Assembly (NCBI GenBank): GCA_003344405.1
Contig: NOWV01000138.1
Coordinates: 1-64,000 of the forward strand
Source: Trichoplax sp. H2
Lineage: Eukaryota
Direction: 5' to 3'
DNA length: 64,000 bases
Part shown: positions 40,596 to 54,500 of the stretch, in pieces
Layout of the letters: every line of letters starts with the position of its first letter
Numbering within the stretch: position 1 is the first letter of the stretch
Notes under the pieces: model-generated
Seen by the model: only the letters and a program-made list of their open reading frames with translations
The model's database searches: none
Told to the model about the DNA's origin: nothing
Position numbers and translations under genes: made by a program

Positions 40596-40932
40596 ATTAT
40601 GTAGAATTAGATTTCAGTTACTTCACTTTACTCAAAAAAAAATCGTAAAAGTGTATCAATCAATAAATAAAAATTTAAAATTCCTATAGTGAAATATGTT
40701 ATCGCTAATTATGTAGAATTGGATTTCACTTGCTTCACTGTACTCAAAAAAATCCTAAAAAGTGTATCCATAAATAAATAAAAATGTAACATTCCTATAG
40801 TGAAATATTTTATCGCTAATCATGTAGAATTGGATTTCACTTACTTCACTGTAGTCAAAAAAATTCTAAAAGTATGTCAATCAATAAATAAAAATGTAAA
40901 ATTCCTATAGTGAAATATTGTATCGCTAATTA
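40596..40932. repeat. Three-copy ~111 bp tandem repeat
   Basis: aattatgtagaattggatttcact...attcctatagtgaaatat.ttatcgct at ~40596, 40708 and 40818. Confidence 0.95.
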
Positions 40933-41599
40933 AGCTTTACTGACTGTCAATGAAAATTTAAAAAATAAAACATTCGCGTGAGTATAGGATTTGGACCGAA
41001 TAAAAAAATGGCGTCCGTAGTAAAAGAAATCATTGGTCGAATTTAGAGCATGCTCTTGTTGATCGACAAAACTTGTAATCGCTAAATGACCCACTTTATA
41101 ACCTGTTCAATATCTCCATGTATCATATAAACAGGATAATAAAGCTCACAAATTTGCACTTTTTTCTGTGGATACTAAATAACAAGTGCTATATTTTTAA
41201 GTTTGAACAGCTTTTAGACTAAGATTTTGGAAGTTCAATTTTCTTCAATTGCACTTTCTGTGGCCAATACTGTCCGTGCAGTAGAGTACTGCACACAATA
41301 TTTGACCATAAAGATACGCACTCCATACCTTTACCAAGGACTTTTATTATCGTACTCGTGATAGATTTACTACACTCTATAGTCGGGTTTCCACGCCTGC
41401 GCAGACCATAGATGGAAGACTGGGCAGATTGCTAGGGTTACTCCAGACTCCAGTATCACTTTGATGGCCTAACCAGCAACTTTCTCCTCCTCCATTCTCA
41501 TGGATTTTTAAATCAATTCTAGCCAATTCTAGGTGCAACGAGTCGGAAAAGAGTAAGAGAAAATTGGCTATAACGTAGAGCAAAGATAAAATCGCCATC

Positions 41600-44500
41600 A
41601 TGGCGTCCATTAAATGCAAGTTAAGCCGTGAATTTACCGTTGGCAAAACTCGTTTATCAAGCCAAGGTTATACAGAATATCAAATTGAATATCAGGTAAA
41701 ATCCACACACCATCAACTCGACAAACGAGAACTCGGATTTGTAATTTGATCAAATTGAGTAGCAGAATGGTGGTGATCATGATAGAGTACATAGTAACCT
41801 TTACTCACTCACCTTCATCATGAATGGATAATCGATACTGCAGATAGAATGCTATAGTAGCCCGTGCTTGACTTGCTGTCCTATCTCAGTCAGCAATGGC
41901 AGTGCAGTGCTGACAAATGAATCGTGCACTAGCTGTGAATGCACCATTTGTCCATTGGCAATCAGGACATCAACAACTTAAGTACTTTCTCATCCAACAA
42001 CTCTCTCAGTCAATCAGTCAACCTAGGATCATGAATCCTATCTCTTGCATGACATAGTATATGAAATGACCTTGTTGATACTGATTATACGTACAATGAT
42101 TGATAACCGAGAGGGTATGATCATCGATACATACTGTAGATCAGTCTTCACAAGTCTTATTACTACTAATGATTAATGATTACTAATATAGAATTGATTC
42201 TGTCGTGATTGCTATTACATTTAGTTACATTTATGCTTTTATACATGTATCCTCATTTCTTTCCTTGACGGTACTGTCGTAACATATATATACACAATGC
42301 AGTACAGTTCCTGTTGGATCTTTGACCACTTTTCGCTCATGAAAACTCTTCTATAGTAAAAGCTATGCATGATATACGTAGAAATAACAAGTAATTCATC
42401 AATCTAGAAAATCGTTTTTGCAACCTCCAATTATGATTAACTTGTCTTGTAAATATCATTTTATATCTAGGTTGAAAATCAGAGTGATGAAGGCCATCTT
42501 ATGCAGGTAATAATTTTATACAATAATTAGAGCTATCAATAATTCGATTGACGTGTATGGTGATAAAGTAGTGGCCTACTTGAAATGAAAATACGGAATT
42601 AAAAATCAGTCATTTTTGCCTACGTAGACAAGACATATAGTGCTTGATAAATTCTTTGTATTAAAACAGTCAATAAACACTCCTTCATTCACCATACTGT
42701 AGCAGTACTGAGCAACAAATGAATGTCACATTAAAAAAATCATCTCTATACCTACATTGTAATGACGTGAAACTAAATTGAATAATTTTATCCTAAATGA
42801 CCAACTCCATTATTTTCTATCGTAGAAGAGTAAATGGTGCCGATTTAGAGAGATTAAAAAGCTACATCACGACTTACAAACTTTGTATACACAAATTGCC
42901 ACCAAAGACTCCGGAAGCTTCCCTAAATTTCCTCGTGGCTCTTATTTTGGTAATACGACAACACAAAATGATACTAGCTTAATAACAATACTACACTATT
43001 GCCTCGGTTACAACAAGGTCTAACATATCTTACAAAATATTATCCAAATCAAATTAGTTAATCTCGAAGAATGGGATAATAACGGAAATTAAAAATTTAA
43101 CAAAGTTTACAACAATAGCTTTCATATTAATCCTCAAGAATTTATTCATTGCAAAAATTAAGATTAAACAAAGTTTATACAGTAGTAATAATATCAACTT
43201 CTCGGTCTATTTTCTTCATAATAGGTCGTTTTGATGAAGAAACGATCAACAGTCGGCTTATAGCAATACGAAACCTTTTGTTATTTTGTAGCAAGATTGA
43301 TTATCTATATGGAAGTGTACATTTTCAACAATTTTTTATGGTAAGATATCAATTGCACTCTGATGTACTAGTTATAGTAACTTTGTTAACCAATTCCTAA
43401 TCCATAATTGAGCAAGTTTTTACAACATATTATGTAATATAGCTCCATAAAGGCGTTGTATACTGTTTTTAATAGTATAATCTATCACACGGTTAATATC
43501 ACAGGAGGATTTTGATAATGAATATACACAAAGTCAAAATATTAGCCCTTCCAGTAGTAGTAGCGATGTTAAACCACTAAATGATGATTCTGATTATCAG
43601 GATGATCATTTAGATGGACATGGTAATAAAAGAGACAGCAAAATGTCGGATATATCCATAGCAAGTACTACTGATAATGATGGTGATGAAGGTCCGTTAG
43701 ACACCTCTCAGCAACGTAATCCCCTAGGTGGTGTTTGGTTACATAAAAGAGATGATGACATAGAAAGCTCAGACGAAGAAAGCAATTCTATTCCCCATGA
43801 AAAGAAACTTACCGACGACTTGAATAGACTCACCATTGATGAAGATTTCTCGCTAATAGATGAAACCGCTATAAAGGTAACCGGTATCCACACCTTAGAC
43901 CAGGAGAAAAATTTAATTGATTTTGGAGCCGACAATGATAAAAAACTTAGCGATTGCATTCAACCAGCGGACAACTCCGTAGATAGTAGTGATATCCAAG
44001 ATGATGTGGATAAAGAAGCAGAAGATATATCTGTAAATGATTTAGTAAATGAATTATTAGCCATCGATGTACCGACTCATCTTAACCATTCCGAAAACTT
44101 ACTACCAAGCGATATGAACACTATTAACGAAAGCCGAGAGAAGCCGATCGACAATGGCGTAGTTGATGAACATTCTGCACAATCAACCCTTTTATTCGAT
44201 CCTTTGGAGATATCTAAGGCCACTGAAGACATCAGTAGTATCCCCAAGGATGATCCTTTTGCGTTATTTTATGATTTGAAGCGTGACAAAAAGCCTAACA
44301 TAAGTGTTGATCCTGTCGATGAGGATGCAAAAGACCCCTTGCCTGAACCAAAAAGAGATACCTTACCAAACTCAGAGACTGTACTAAATTCAACAAATAA
44401 TGGCCAAAGTGAAATCCAAACCGAAAGTCATTCACCAAGTCAATTGGAAGAATCAAGTAAAAAATTTGAGGAAGTAGACTATATATATGACGCAGCAAAA

Positions 44501-47232
44501 TTTATTGTCCAGGCTGTGCGAGAAGAGTCCAATTGTAATTATAGTGAAAGTTTCACCTTATACAAAGAAGGTATAAGATCCTTACTAGCTGGAGTTCAGA
44601 GTAAGTATACAAATTTATGTCAATCTATATATTTTACCAGCGATAATTATTGCATTCGCTACATCGCTAAAAGTGCTCTAAAATCTGTACGTTTCATAAA
44701 TCTTTAGCTGACAGTGACTCTAAACGTCGTGATGGTGTTAAGAGGAAAATTGAATTTTACATTTCTCATATTGAGAAAATGTACATTTCACAGTTAGCTG
44801 GTAGCGAAGGAAAAGATGTAAGTGTTATATTTTGAATTCAGAGTTTATTTTTTTATGAAACTGATTGCTTATTAATTAATGATAGTTGCATGGAAATCAG
44901 GAACTTCCATCATCCGTTCCTACTTGTATGAATTTAAGATTAGAGCTTAAAGATTTTAAAGTTATTGGTGTAATCAATAAGGTAAAGAAAATCTTTGCAG
45001 TGTCTTAATTCTATAACTATGTCTTTAAATACGTATTCATCGCAGTGAATGAGTCATTTATGCGTTAAACAGGTTCTCCTAGCGCAGCATTTTACTACCG
45101 AAGAAGTATTTGTAGTCAAGGTAAGATATAGCAGAAAAGCTGTTTCTTCTTATCAGCAATGAGTTGCTTTATTACTCTCTATGTAGAAATCATCTCACAC
45201 TGCGTCTCAGAAGGACATGCATATGTTCATATTGCTTAGAATTCCTTTATCAGTGGATGTTTTACTTCACAACATTCAGCATACATATTCTATAGGATAT
45301 CACCGCATAACTTGCTGCAAATCCTTTGCAGCTAAAGTCTCTCTTTTACGTACGATTACGTATACGTATATACAGTGTCCTGATCGTATTGTATAAATCA
45401 AGCTTTCAATATAACAGCAGGACACGGCTTTTTTTCTTTCACAGGTTCTCCACAAAGGTCCAAAAATTCATACTAAGAAGGGAAAAAAGCTACTGACACC
45501 AGTGGAGAGAGCGAGAATGAGATCTAATAGTATCATGAAATCGGTAATTGCTACCTACTTAGATTTTATCAACGATTCTTATTACGGCTATTTCGTAATG
45601 TGTATCAAAATAGAAATAGTAATGAACATTGGTTAAAATTTTTATGTTTGAAATGCTACAGATGGGTTGTCCATTTATGGTAAAGTTATATCGCTGGTTT
45701 GAAACAGCTACTAGCTTATTTTTGCTAATTGAACACGTTCCAATGGGATGTCTATATAACTCAATCAGCAATTATTTACGTCTTGAAGAAGAAGAAAGTT
45801 TATGGCGTATTCGTCGGTCTAATAAGGATACTCATAATTTGATTGGTGCTAACCAATGTAAGTTGTATTCATAGGTTTTGACCAAATTTATGATAAAGAT
45901 CTACCTGTGCCGTTGCAATTTTTAAAATAAATATTTTATAAAAGATACTCAAGAAAAGGATCAAGTTTTAGAAACAGTTCATGATGAAGGTCTACCTCAA
46001 ACCTCAGAAATTGAAGATTCTGTAGCGGATGAATCAGAAGAAACAGAAGAGAGTGAAAGAACACGTTCATCGACCGCTACGCGTATATTTGCAATGTTAG
46101 ACAATTTGGAAAGCAATCCCAGAAAGAAATTACCGGAATCCTATATTCAAATTTGGATATCCGAAATTATTTCAGCTCTCTCATATCTGCATTCAATTAA
46201 TATAATTTGGAAGTAAGTAAAACTAGCTCAATACTCATTATCACCTTTATCACAGTGATATTATCTCACCACATAATAAAGAACTCAGTTTGATGCTATA
46301 TTTAAATATCTGTACGTCTTAGGGATTTTGGACCACAAAATATCTTGTTAGACGCGAATGGTAGGCATGATCATATACTTTATTATCAGGACTAGTGTTA
46401 AAATTAATATTTGTCGTATGATCTAACATGCTCGACATATCACTTAACACGGCCATTTAGGTCACGTTAAAATAACATTTTACGGAGAATGGGAAGAAGT
46501 CACTCAAACTATAGCTCCTGAGAATATTAAAAGATTATATTGTGCCCCTGGTACGAAATCTAGTAGATTTTTAACGATTACATACTCTGCTATGCAAATT
46601 TATCAAAAGACTGCTTAATATTTTAGAAATAGGTAGTATTACCCCTCCAACTCCTGCATCAGATTGGTGGAGTGTAGGTGCTATAATGTATGAAATGTTA
46701 ACTGGCCGAGTAAGTCTTCTAATGAAGCTTAAAGTGATGTGATTTCGAGTCTACTATTTGCATATATGTTACATATGCCGAAAATACCATTGATTAATAG
46801 CCGACCCTTTATTGTTCATTTAGAGTTTGTACCATTCATTTCCACGTGGTCTACATACTCATACTGAGATACATCTGCCAGGTCATGTTTCTGCTGATGC
46901 TCAATCCTTGGTAAAAGAGGTGAATAGCGTGATATACTAATATGGTTATTAGAACGTACTGGCCTGTCTACTTAATTTCGAGAAATATCAATTAACTATT
47001 AATTACCTTACGTTATATCCTTCTGCCATTAGCTATTACAAATCAATCCACATCAAAGAATCGGTAAGTTGAATTTTGATTCAGAAAAAATTCAAGGATA
47101 CGTTTTTTGAATCCTTAAAATTTTTGTGTGTCCGCTGAATTTGTCTATCTTTCATAATTGTAAGGTGGTGGACGTAATGGTGCAGAAGAATTGCGATCTC
47201 ATTCATTTTTTAATGGCGTCACTTGGCAGTGA
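41600..47232 (+). CDS. RPS6KC1: RPS6KC1-like protein: PX domain, acidic linker, MIT domain, split pseudokinase
   Basis: GYTEYQI, RFREIKKLH, FPKFP..SYFGRFDEETI (PX); DYIYDAA...YKEGI..LL.GVQ.D...RR (MIT); LKDFKVIGVINKVLL, CPFMVKLYRWFET, WISEI..AL..LH, YCAPE, DWWSVG; TGA at 47230-47232. Confidence 0.9.
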
Positions 47233-48509
47233 CTAACAATGTGATGTTTGAGCATCCGATATTGTAAATAGTAATACTTTGCTTCAAAAAGAACCTATCG
47301 TTTTGGGTAAACAGACTTTTGTACATAGTTGCTTTTCTAAATTGGTTTATGTTTTACATGCATCTAATGTCTGACCCAGTGATACTTCCGAAAATTACGT
47401 GCATCGATGTATGTTATCAACCCTGTTGTAGAATTAAGAATTAATATTCAAGATGCTATAACAAAAGAATATGAAACTACATATTAATTTAAACTCTCGC
47501 ATGAGTATCGGGTACTTTAGCTAACCATAAACTGCCGCATAACAATTGGTACACAAACAGAGTCGACATATAAATTTTATTTCATTTTCATCCATCTGAA
47601 AATATTCGTATTAGCATATGTTAATTATACACAATTTCCATATCATGTTGAAGTTATATCTTGTTGATGTCGTAGTCTACATTGCAGCAAGATTTGTAAT
47701 AACTAAATTGTATATTAACTGAAAGTAATCTTGTTGAACCTGTAGACTTACATTTCCGAAATTATAATTATTAGTCAAGATCTATATTTTCAGCCCAATT
47801 TAAAGAAATATCAGTACGTTTTTTTCAATAGTTTCTGAAGTTGCTTTAAAAAGCGCGCCTTTACTACATATTTTTGAAGACATTAGAGACAGTTGTAGCC
47901 GTCCCTTTCTTTATGTAAATATCTTTGATTTAAAAACTAATGAAATTGATGCTAAACTAGCAAATATGAAATATACTTTTTGTGGGATCATTTCTTAAAA
48001 GCTTCTGTGATCTAAAATTGATTACAAAATCTAACAAGAGTGATAATACCATCATAAAATACAGCTGCTACCTCATGTTGATTTATAGATGTAATGTGAA
48101 TCTGTTTTAACCAAGTTGCAGATACATTGTAGTTACGCGATAAAATTATTATAATTAGAACGAAAAGTTGAAATAGTAAACCTACAATTTGAAATTTGAC
48201 GTATAATAAACTGGATCTGGATTTGATATAAATTGTTTATATTGTGATCTCTATTAATCTTAATATTAAAATCAGCTTTATGCCAGATAAAGGATATTTT
48301 TGCTAAATCAAAATATTCTTCCCTATTCACTCTTATCATGACTATAATTCAAAGAATTTAGAAAAGAATTTACAATCTATTATTTGCGATCACGCAGTAG
48401 TAAGACCTGTATTACAGTTGATCTAAATACGTTGCATTGCTTTCACAACATTTTACAGTACTTTATTAAGTATTACATCGATGTTTGTCTTCTTAGCAAG
48501 TTCCTGCCA

Positions 48510-51500
48510 TTAAGACATGCCAAATCCTTCACTCCCTTCATTGATAGCAATAAGTAAACTATGTTGCATGTCATCTAGTGAGTCGTATATCGGTAAACAT
48601 AATTCGTTGAAGCTAAAAGTAGTAAATTATACATATTAATTAGTAATAGAGGCTGATCTATGTGTAAAGTAGGATAATTAATCCGTAATTCGAAGTTGCT
48701 CATAATTTTACCATGTATGAGCGGTGGGTAATGTTCCAGTAACCATAGCATTGACAATTTGAAATTTAGGAGATAATTCAGAGAATCCCTCAGGTGGAAG
48801 TTGTGAACATCCTGTGACAAACTGTAGTAACCTTGCCATTTCTTGTTGAGTAAAATTGGCAATGATGCTCCAAAACCAAGATAAAATCTATCATTTAAAC
48901 ACAAGTATACATAAATAGTTGCAAAAGGTGTTGAAGAGATTTCATGAGCTACTCTACTTCCGTGAATCATGTAATCAGAACTATGGTAATAAATATATAC
49001 CTTTTCAAACTCAGATGTTCTACCGATGACAGCATGATTTAGCTTCAAATCGTTAATATCATATTCGCAAGTACCACATATTAAGAGCTATCGAAATGTT
49101 TGTAATATGCAAAGACGAATCGATTAACATGTTATTTACATGTGCGTATACTACATATTAAGAATTAAAGCAATGGAAATGATATCCAAGATAAAATTGT
49201 TAATATTGAAAACAAGGAACGGACTATATACAGTTGTGATTCAGTAACTAACTAAAATACGTTACTTCACCTCTAATTCATTTTCATCAAAAATACTGAG
49301 AAGAGAATCAGGTATCAAATCATTTAGGCCTGTTACAAATAGAATTTTAGAGATTAACGATAAAATTTCTTGAAATGTTCCAAATTGCTTCTAGCGGAAT
49401 TCTATTGCCCTCAATTTTATTCAGCTATTACAAGTAGTTGAAATAACCTTTCAAGAAAGCGTTCTTTTCTTCTTGTATTTCTTTACACAGCCTTTGCTGA
49501 GCTAGTAGATCCAAGTATTCAATCTTATTATCATTGTTAACGACACAATTCTTGCCATTGGGCTTTAATTCAATAATCTTTTAAAATTAAATAATATCCA
49601 GAAGAGACACCATTACATATTTATTTATACTAGTTCAATCTCTTCTGCAATAGTTTTTTAACAATCAGTGATAATTTTTTGATACTAATGTATCTAGACT
49701 ACATTGGAAAATGACATGAGTAACATTTTACTACATAAGTGGCCTAAATTATCGTTAATAGCATATCTGATGGCACACGATATCATTACTTTATCGAAAT
49801 GCACCTAGATTAGTAACATATTATCATCTCAGCAATAACATCAAAAGACATGTAATAGATATCTTTTTTATATGACTTTTACGAGACGTATGCTAGCTTT
49901 GCGATGACCGTAACATTTCATATTCAAGACTACCTTTCTAGATTGCTAGTAGTTAACGGCAAGTGACTATATTTGGCTAATAATTTTTTAAGGCATAATA
50001 ACGCAACTTACCTTTTCTAATTTTCCATCCGAGCTGTAAATTTCTTCAGCAAAGACCAGTGATAAGTCGGCTATATCGTTGCTAAGAATGTACTGAATCT
50101 TGTTGGTAAAAAATTCTGGATCGTCATTTTCAAAATGCTAAGCATTAAAGACACCGAAGAAAGGAGAATAACGTTAGCATTAGTTATTCTACCATATTTG
50201 ATCTTTGTTAAATTTGCAATCTAAAGTACTTTTTGAAAGTGGCACATTCGCATTAAAATTTTATATTTAAGTATACGCGTAATCCGCTAGACACAACAAT
50301 AAAAATTAATCTCTTTCTGCAATCTTTGATTTCATTTAATTTAATATTACACCGTAAGGATGAAAATAGATATTTAATCAATAAATAGCCGATTGGAGCA
50401 TAGCCGTGAATACTTGGAGATAGAAATCAAAATAAAATTTAGAAATTACCTTATAATGTACACGAAGTCCTAATATTTGGGCCAAAAATGAACGGGCAAA
50501 GCAAGCTCGAATATAGCAGTTTGAATCTCGAGTAATTGCAGACTCAAGTAAACATTTACCAACAATTTTACCAGCAAATTCGAAATATTTAATTTTAGCG
50601 AATTCTGGAGGACGAGCGTTGTTAGGACGAACCTAGAATGAATATCACCCATGAGTTATCAACGGATTTAGGTCAATCACTACTTAAAAAGATATGCATA
50701 AAAAAACGAGAGATTAAAAATGATCCTATATTTAGATTGAGTGGAACTTCATCAATAACGAGAGCTTATCGGCTTATTACTATGATTATTCAGTTCTAAT
50801 CTAAGTTGCTAACGTATTATGATCTACTGATGACAGTATTTTAGGGATTAGCTAGAAATAAGGGAAGCTTTTGGAAATAAAACCTACCAGAGCTTGATTA
50901 TCATCTCGAAAGCCAACGAATAATTGATTAGATGGTGCAAATAGAGCTCGACTCAATACATGAAACCATTCTCGCAATACTCCACCTAGGTCTTCAGCTG
51001 TGATAGCACCATAAAACGAAAAGAAGCATGTATTAACTATAAATTCTCATGAAATAGACGTGTACATATCCTAAGTTAAACGTCATGAATATTGCTTTCG
51101 TTTTCATTTACAATTTCTGATAGCTAGCAAATCATTCAGTTTAAAATAATTGATTTACAAAACTGCAAATGATTGCATAATTTTAGCTAGAAAGATTTAC
51201 CTTGTTCACCCTGAAATTTAATTTGAAATGGGCGACACCAATCGGATGCGGAAGCATTCTTCAGTTGTTTCATGCTCTAGAATTAAAGCAAATTTTATTC
51301 ATAATTTATTATTATTTGAATATTTAAAATGTGCGGTCAAAGAGGGTAATCAGCTATTAATTGGTGTATAATAATTCTGTTCATCAGTCTACTTTTTCAT
51401 TTACTTTGATATAAGTGTAAGCAAAATTAAAAATACCGTACGTGTTATAATGTTGGTTATTTAATACAACTTAAAGACAATTATCTTGCTTAACGTTTTT

Positions 51501-54500
51501 AATTTCCTTTTCACTTGACTTAGATGATAGAATAGTTAACTTACATCTCTCAAGGCATGTTGGCGTGAAATGGATACAGCATATTTACTTTGAGATCGCT
51601 TGATGTTTAAAGCCGCTAATTCTTGTTGGAAATAGGACATTTTCATGGCAAATGTGTCGCCACCCACTGAGAGAAAATGTCATAAAGTAGACAAGCGTAA
51701 AAATTTTCGAAAAAACAACAAAAACGTTTATTATTGAAAGATTATAAATGACCCCTTACTTTATATTATTCAACCAAACTTACTAAACATTCTCTAAGAA
51801 ATTTATAGACCGTAAATGAAATGATCATGAATAAAATGGTATGCAAGCAATACTACAGATTTATTCAGTAGGACTGAAGAAGCTCTTTGCAGAATAAAGG
51901 ATAGTCTACTGTAAATACCTATGCAAGCAACTAATGCCTTTACTCAATCAGATAAAACTGAATATATCTACCGTATTAATACTTAAGGTTAAGATAAACA
52001 AAGACGGTAAACTTTCATTTCTAAAATATAAAACACTACTATCGCCTTGAATAGGCGTACAAGCAAGCAATGATTATTTATATTGTTCATCACTCTATGT
52101 GCGTGTATATTTCGTTACTGAAAAGACTCTTTAAGAATCCATCACGCTGTAACTTCTATTATCTCTCAATCAGTCAGGACTGAATATATCCAATCATGCT
52201 TTGGATAAAACAAGCTGATAGACTTTTATTTCAATTGAATAACAATTCTGTGGCTGCCTTACCAAATTTTCTATTCAAGAAAGTTGCATATGTTGCCAGG
52301 AAGAGATACTTTTCCTTACACACAACGGATAACGGAGCTTGAATACCATCATCAATGACCAAAGTCTCTTCTTGTATGGATGGATCTTCTTGCAGAGTCA
52401 ACTATTTACCGAAATATAAAATACAAGTAGTTATCTTATACCACGGCTCATTTAACACAATATTTGGATTTTTATCGGAAGGTTCCATTAATAATAGGTG
52501 ACTGAGAATTAGAAATAACTTCTATCTAGTTCTAACCTTTGTTGAAGGCAATACGCGAAATGAACACACGTTATTGGAGAAAACTTTAAGGTAATATTCT
52601 CGGACCTTAATTTGCTAGAAGAAAGGGAAAAAGTAAAATGTAGATTCATTTCCTTACCAAATTTTAATATTTTAATTTGCAGTAATCTATGTTAACTTGT
52701 ATTTATTTCGATAGATAATAAAGATAGATTACAATGCAGCTTGATAGATAAAGTATTGTTAAAATGTAGATAAAATACAAATGAAATACAAGCTAGTTAG
52801 CTTTGTGCATTTTTACACGATGAAATAGTTGTCTATAAACTTACTCTGGCTGAAATACTGCAGTGGACTTTCTTCGGCTTCTTGCTAAAATCAAGGTAGC
52901 TGTTTTCCTTGCTCGCTAGTTTTGCTTCAAAGGTAACATTCATCTTTTTTCTTCCAATTTCCTTATGTAATTTGGCGCCATCAACATCTGTAATACAGGA
53001 GGAAAAGGTTAAAATTTTGCTTCCTCTTTGATAAAGCTGAATGTGATGAATTACGCCTGTGAATGAGGTTATCAAGTAATTCGAACTAAAATAGCCAAAG
53101 GGTAAATTTTAAAGTTGCTTTATAAAATTGAATCCCGTTCATGGGCTTGAATGGAATGCATTACATCCATGATTGCGGTTATGGAATAATACCACATTAG
53201 TATAGAACATTTTATGCTAATGGAGGCTAACGATAAAATTAAAGATACTTTATAAACTTGCATTTCTACAATACCCATCTTCCAAGATGACTTATTAAGG
53301 TGCGATAGCCGATTATTCATGAAATAAATGATTTTACGGCACATACACTTCTAAAGATAAACTGTTATTATTCCACCCATCTTATGGCCTTGAATTATTC
53401 CTTAATATTAGCGACTTAGTTCATGCTGTCTCCACGGTATCCAAAATAATTTGGTAAACTAAAGATGAGTAAATCGGTTTAGGGTAAATTTCTATCTGTA
53501 TAATACGTGCAGGAGGATATCACACTAGTGCTGCCGATCTATCATTCTGAGGTAGAAATTTTGGATACTATGAGAAATTTTCATCGTGAAAGTAGAATAT
53601 TCGTGCAACTTTACGCTCGAAAATAGACGTAATTTACTTTACAATGGATAAGTTTTCTCTTCTACGGGTATTTAGAAATTTCGTAAGAATCCATAATGGC
53701 CTATTCTATTTACTATAAGAATTTTATCACCAGTATATCTCGTCATCTTTGTACTTACTACTTAAAACAACTAGAGTAAAATCGCCATTCTTTAAGATTA
53801 CGGAATCATATAGAAGCTGAGCTTTATAGGCACCCTCTTCTCCAATGACTTTCATTTCCAATTTTTGCTCACTCAAGGCTAACTCGGTGTTAGTTAGAGC
53901 AGAAGGATTCCCAATCTATTCCATAAATGAAATTGAAAAGGGGATTTAGCTTATGGAAATGAATTGATATTACGGTATCAAAACAAACCATATTGCTATA
54001 AATTAGTAGTGACAGTTACAAGTTGCAATATTATAGAAGCAATGCCACAGTATTTTGTTACCACTAATGCTATATTCTATTTCGAAGGAACTTTAACGAT
54101 ATAAGGTACTGTAGTCTAATAAAGCAAGAGTGCTTCCTTACCTTCGTAAGCTTCAGATCAAATCGATTTTCCATTGTTTTACAATAATTTCCAAATTTAT
54201 CTCTGCAGTCAAGTTGCAAGGAATGCACAACATCACGAGTTACAACAATAATGGAGCTAGCAATGCCAATCGTCGATTGCTGAGGATCAGCAGGCCCTAA
54301 ACAAGATGATTCAAAGTTAGAAACAATAATCCAATTATTTGTTCAATATTTGGATAGATACTTTATGCATTCGATCTCCACTCTTTAGGATGCTATTAAG
54401 GTAAGATAGAAGTCCCAGAGGAATGCTATTTCATTATTAGATTCATGTTACCTGCTAGAAATTCCTTTTGAAATGGACTATTGGAAATTTCATTTCCATC

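Noticed and set aside
43643-44707. 354-aa acidic ORF as a stand-alone gene
   Set aside because: It is the large internal exon (~43505-44600) of the RPS6KC1-like gene.
48575-49048. 157-aa ORF as a separate gene
   Set aside because: Read-through across AREL1 HECT exons and introns in mixed frames.
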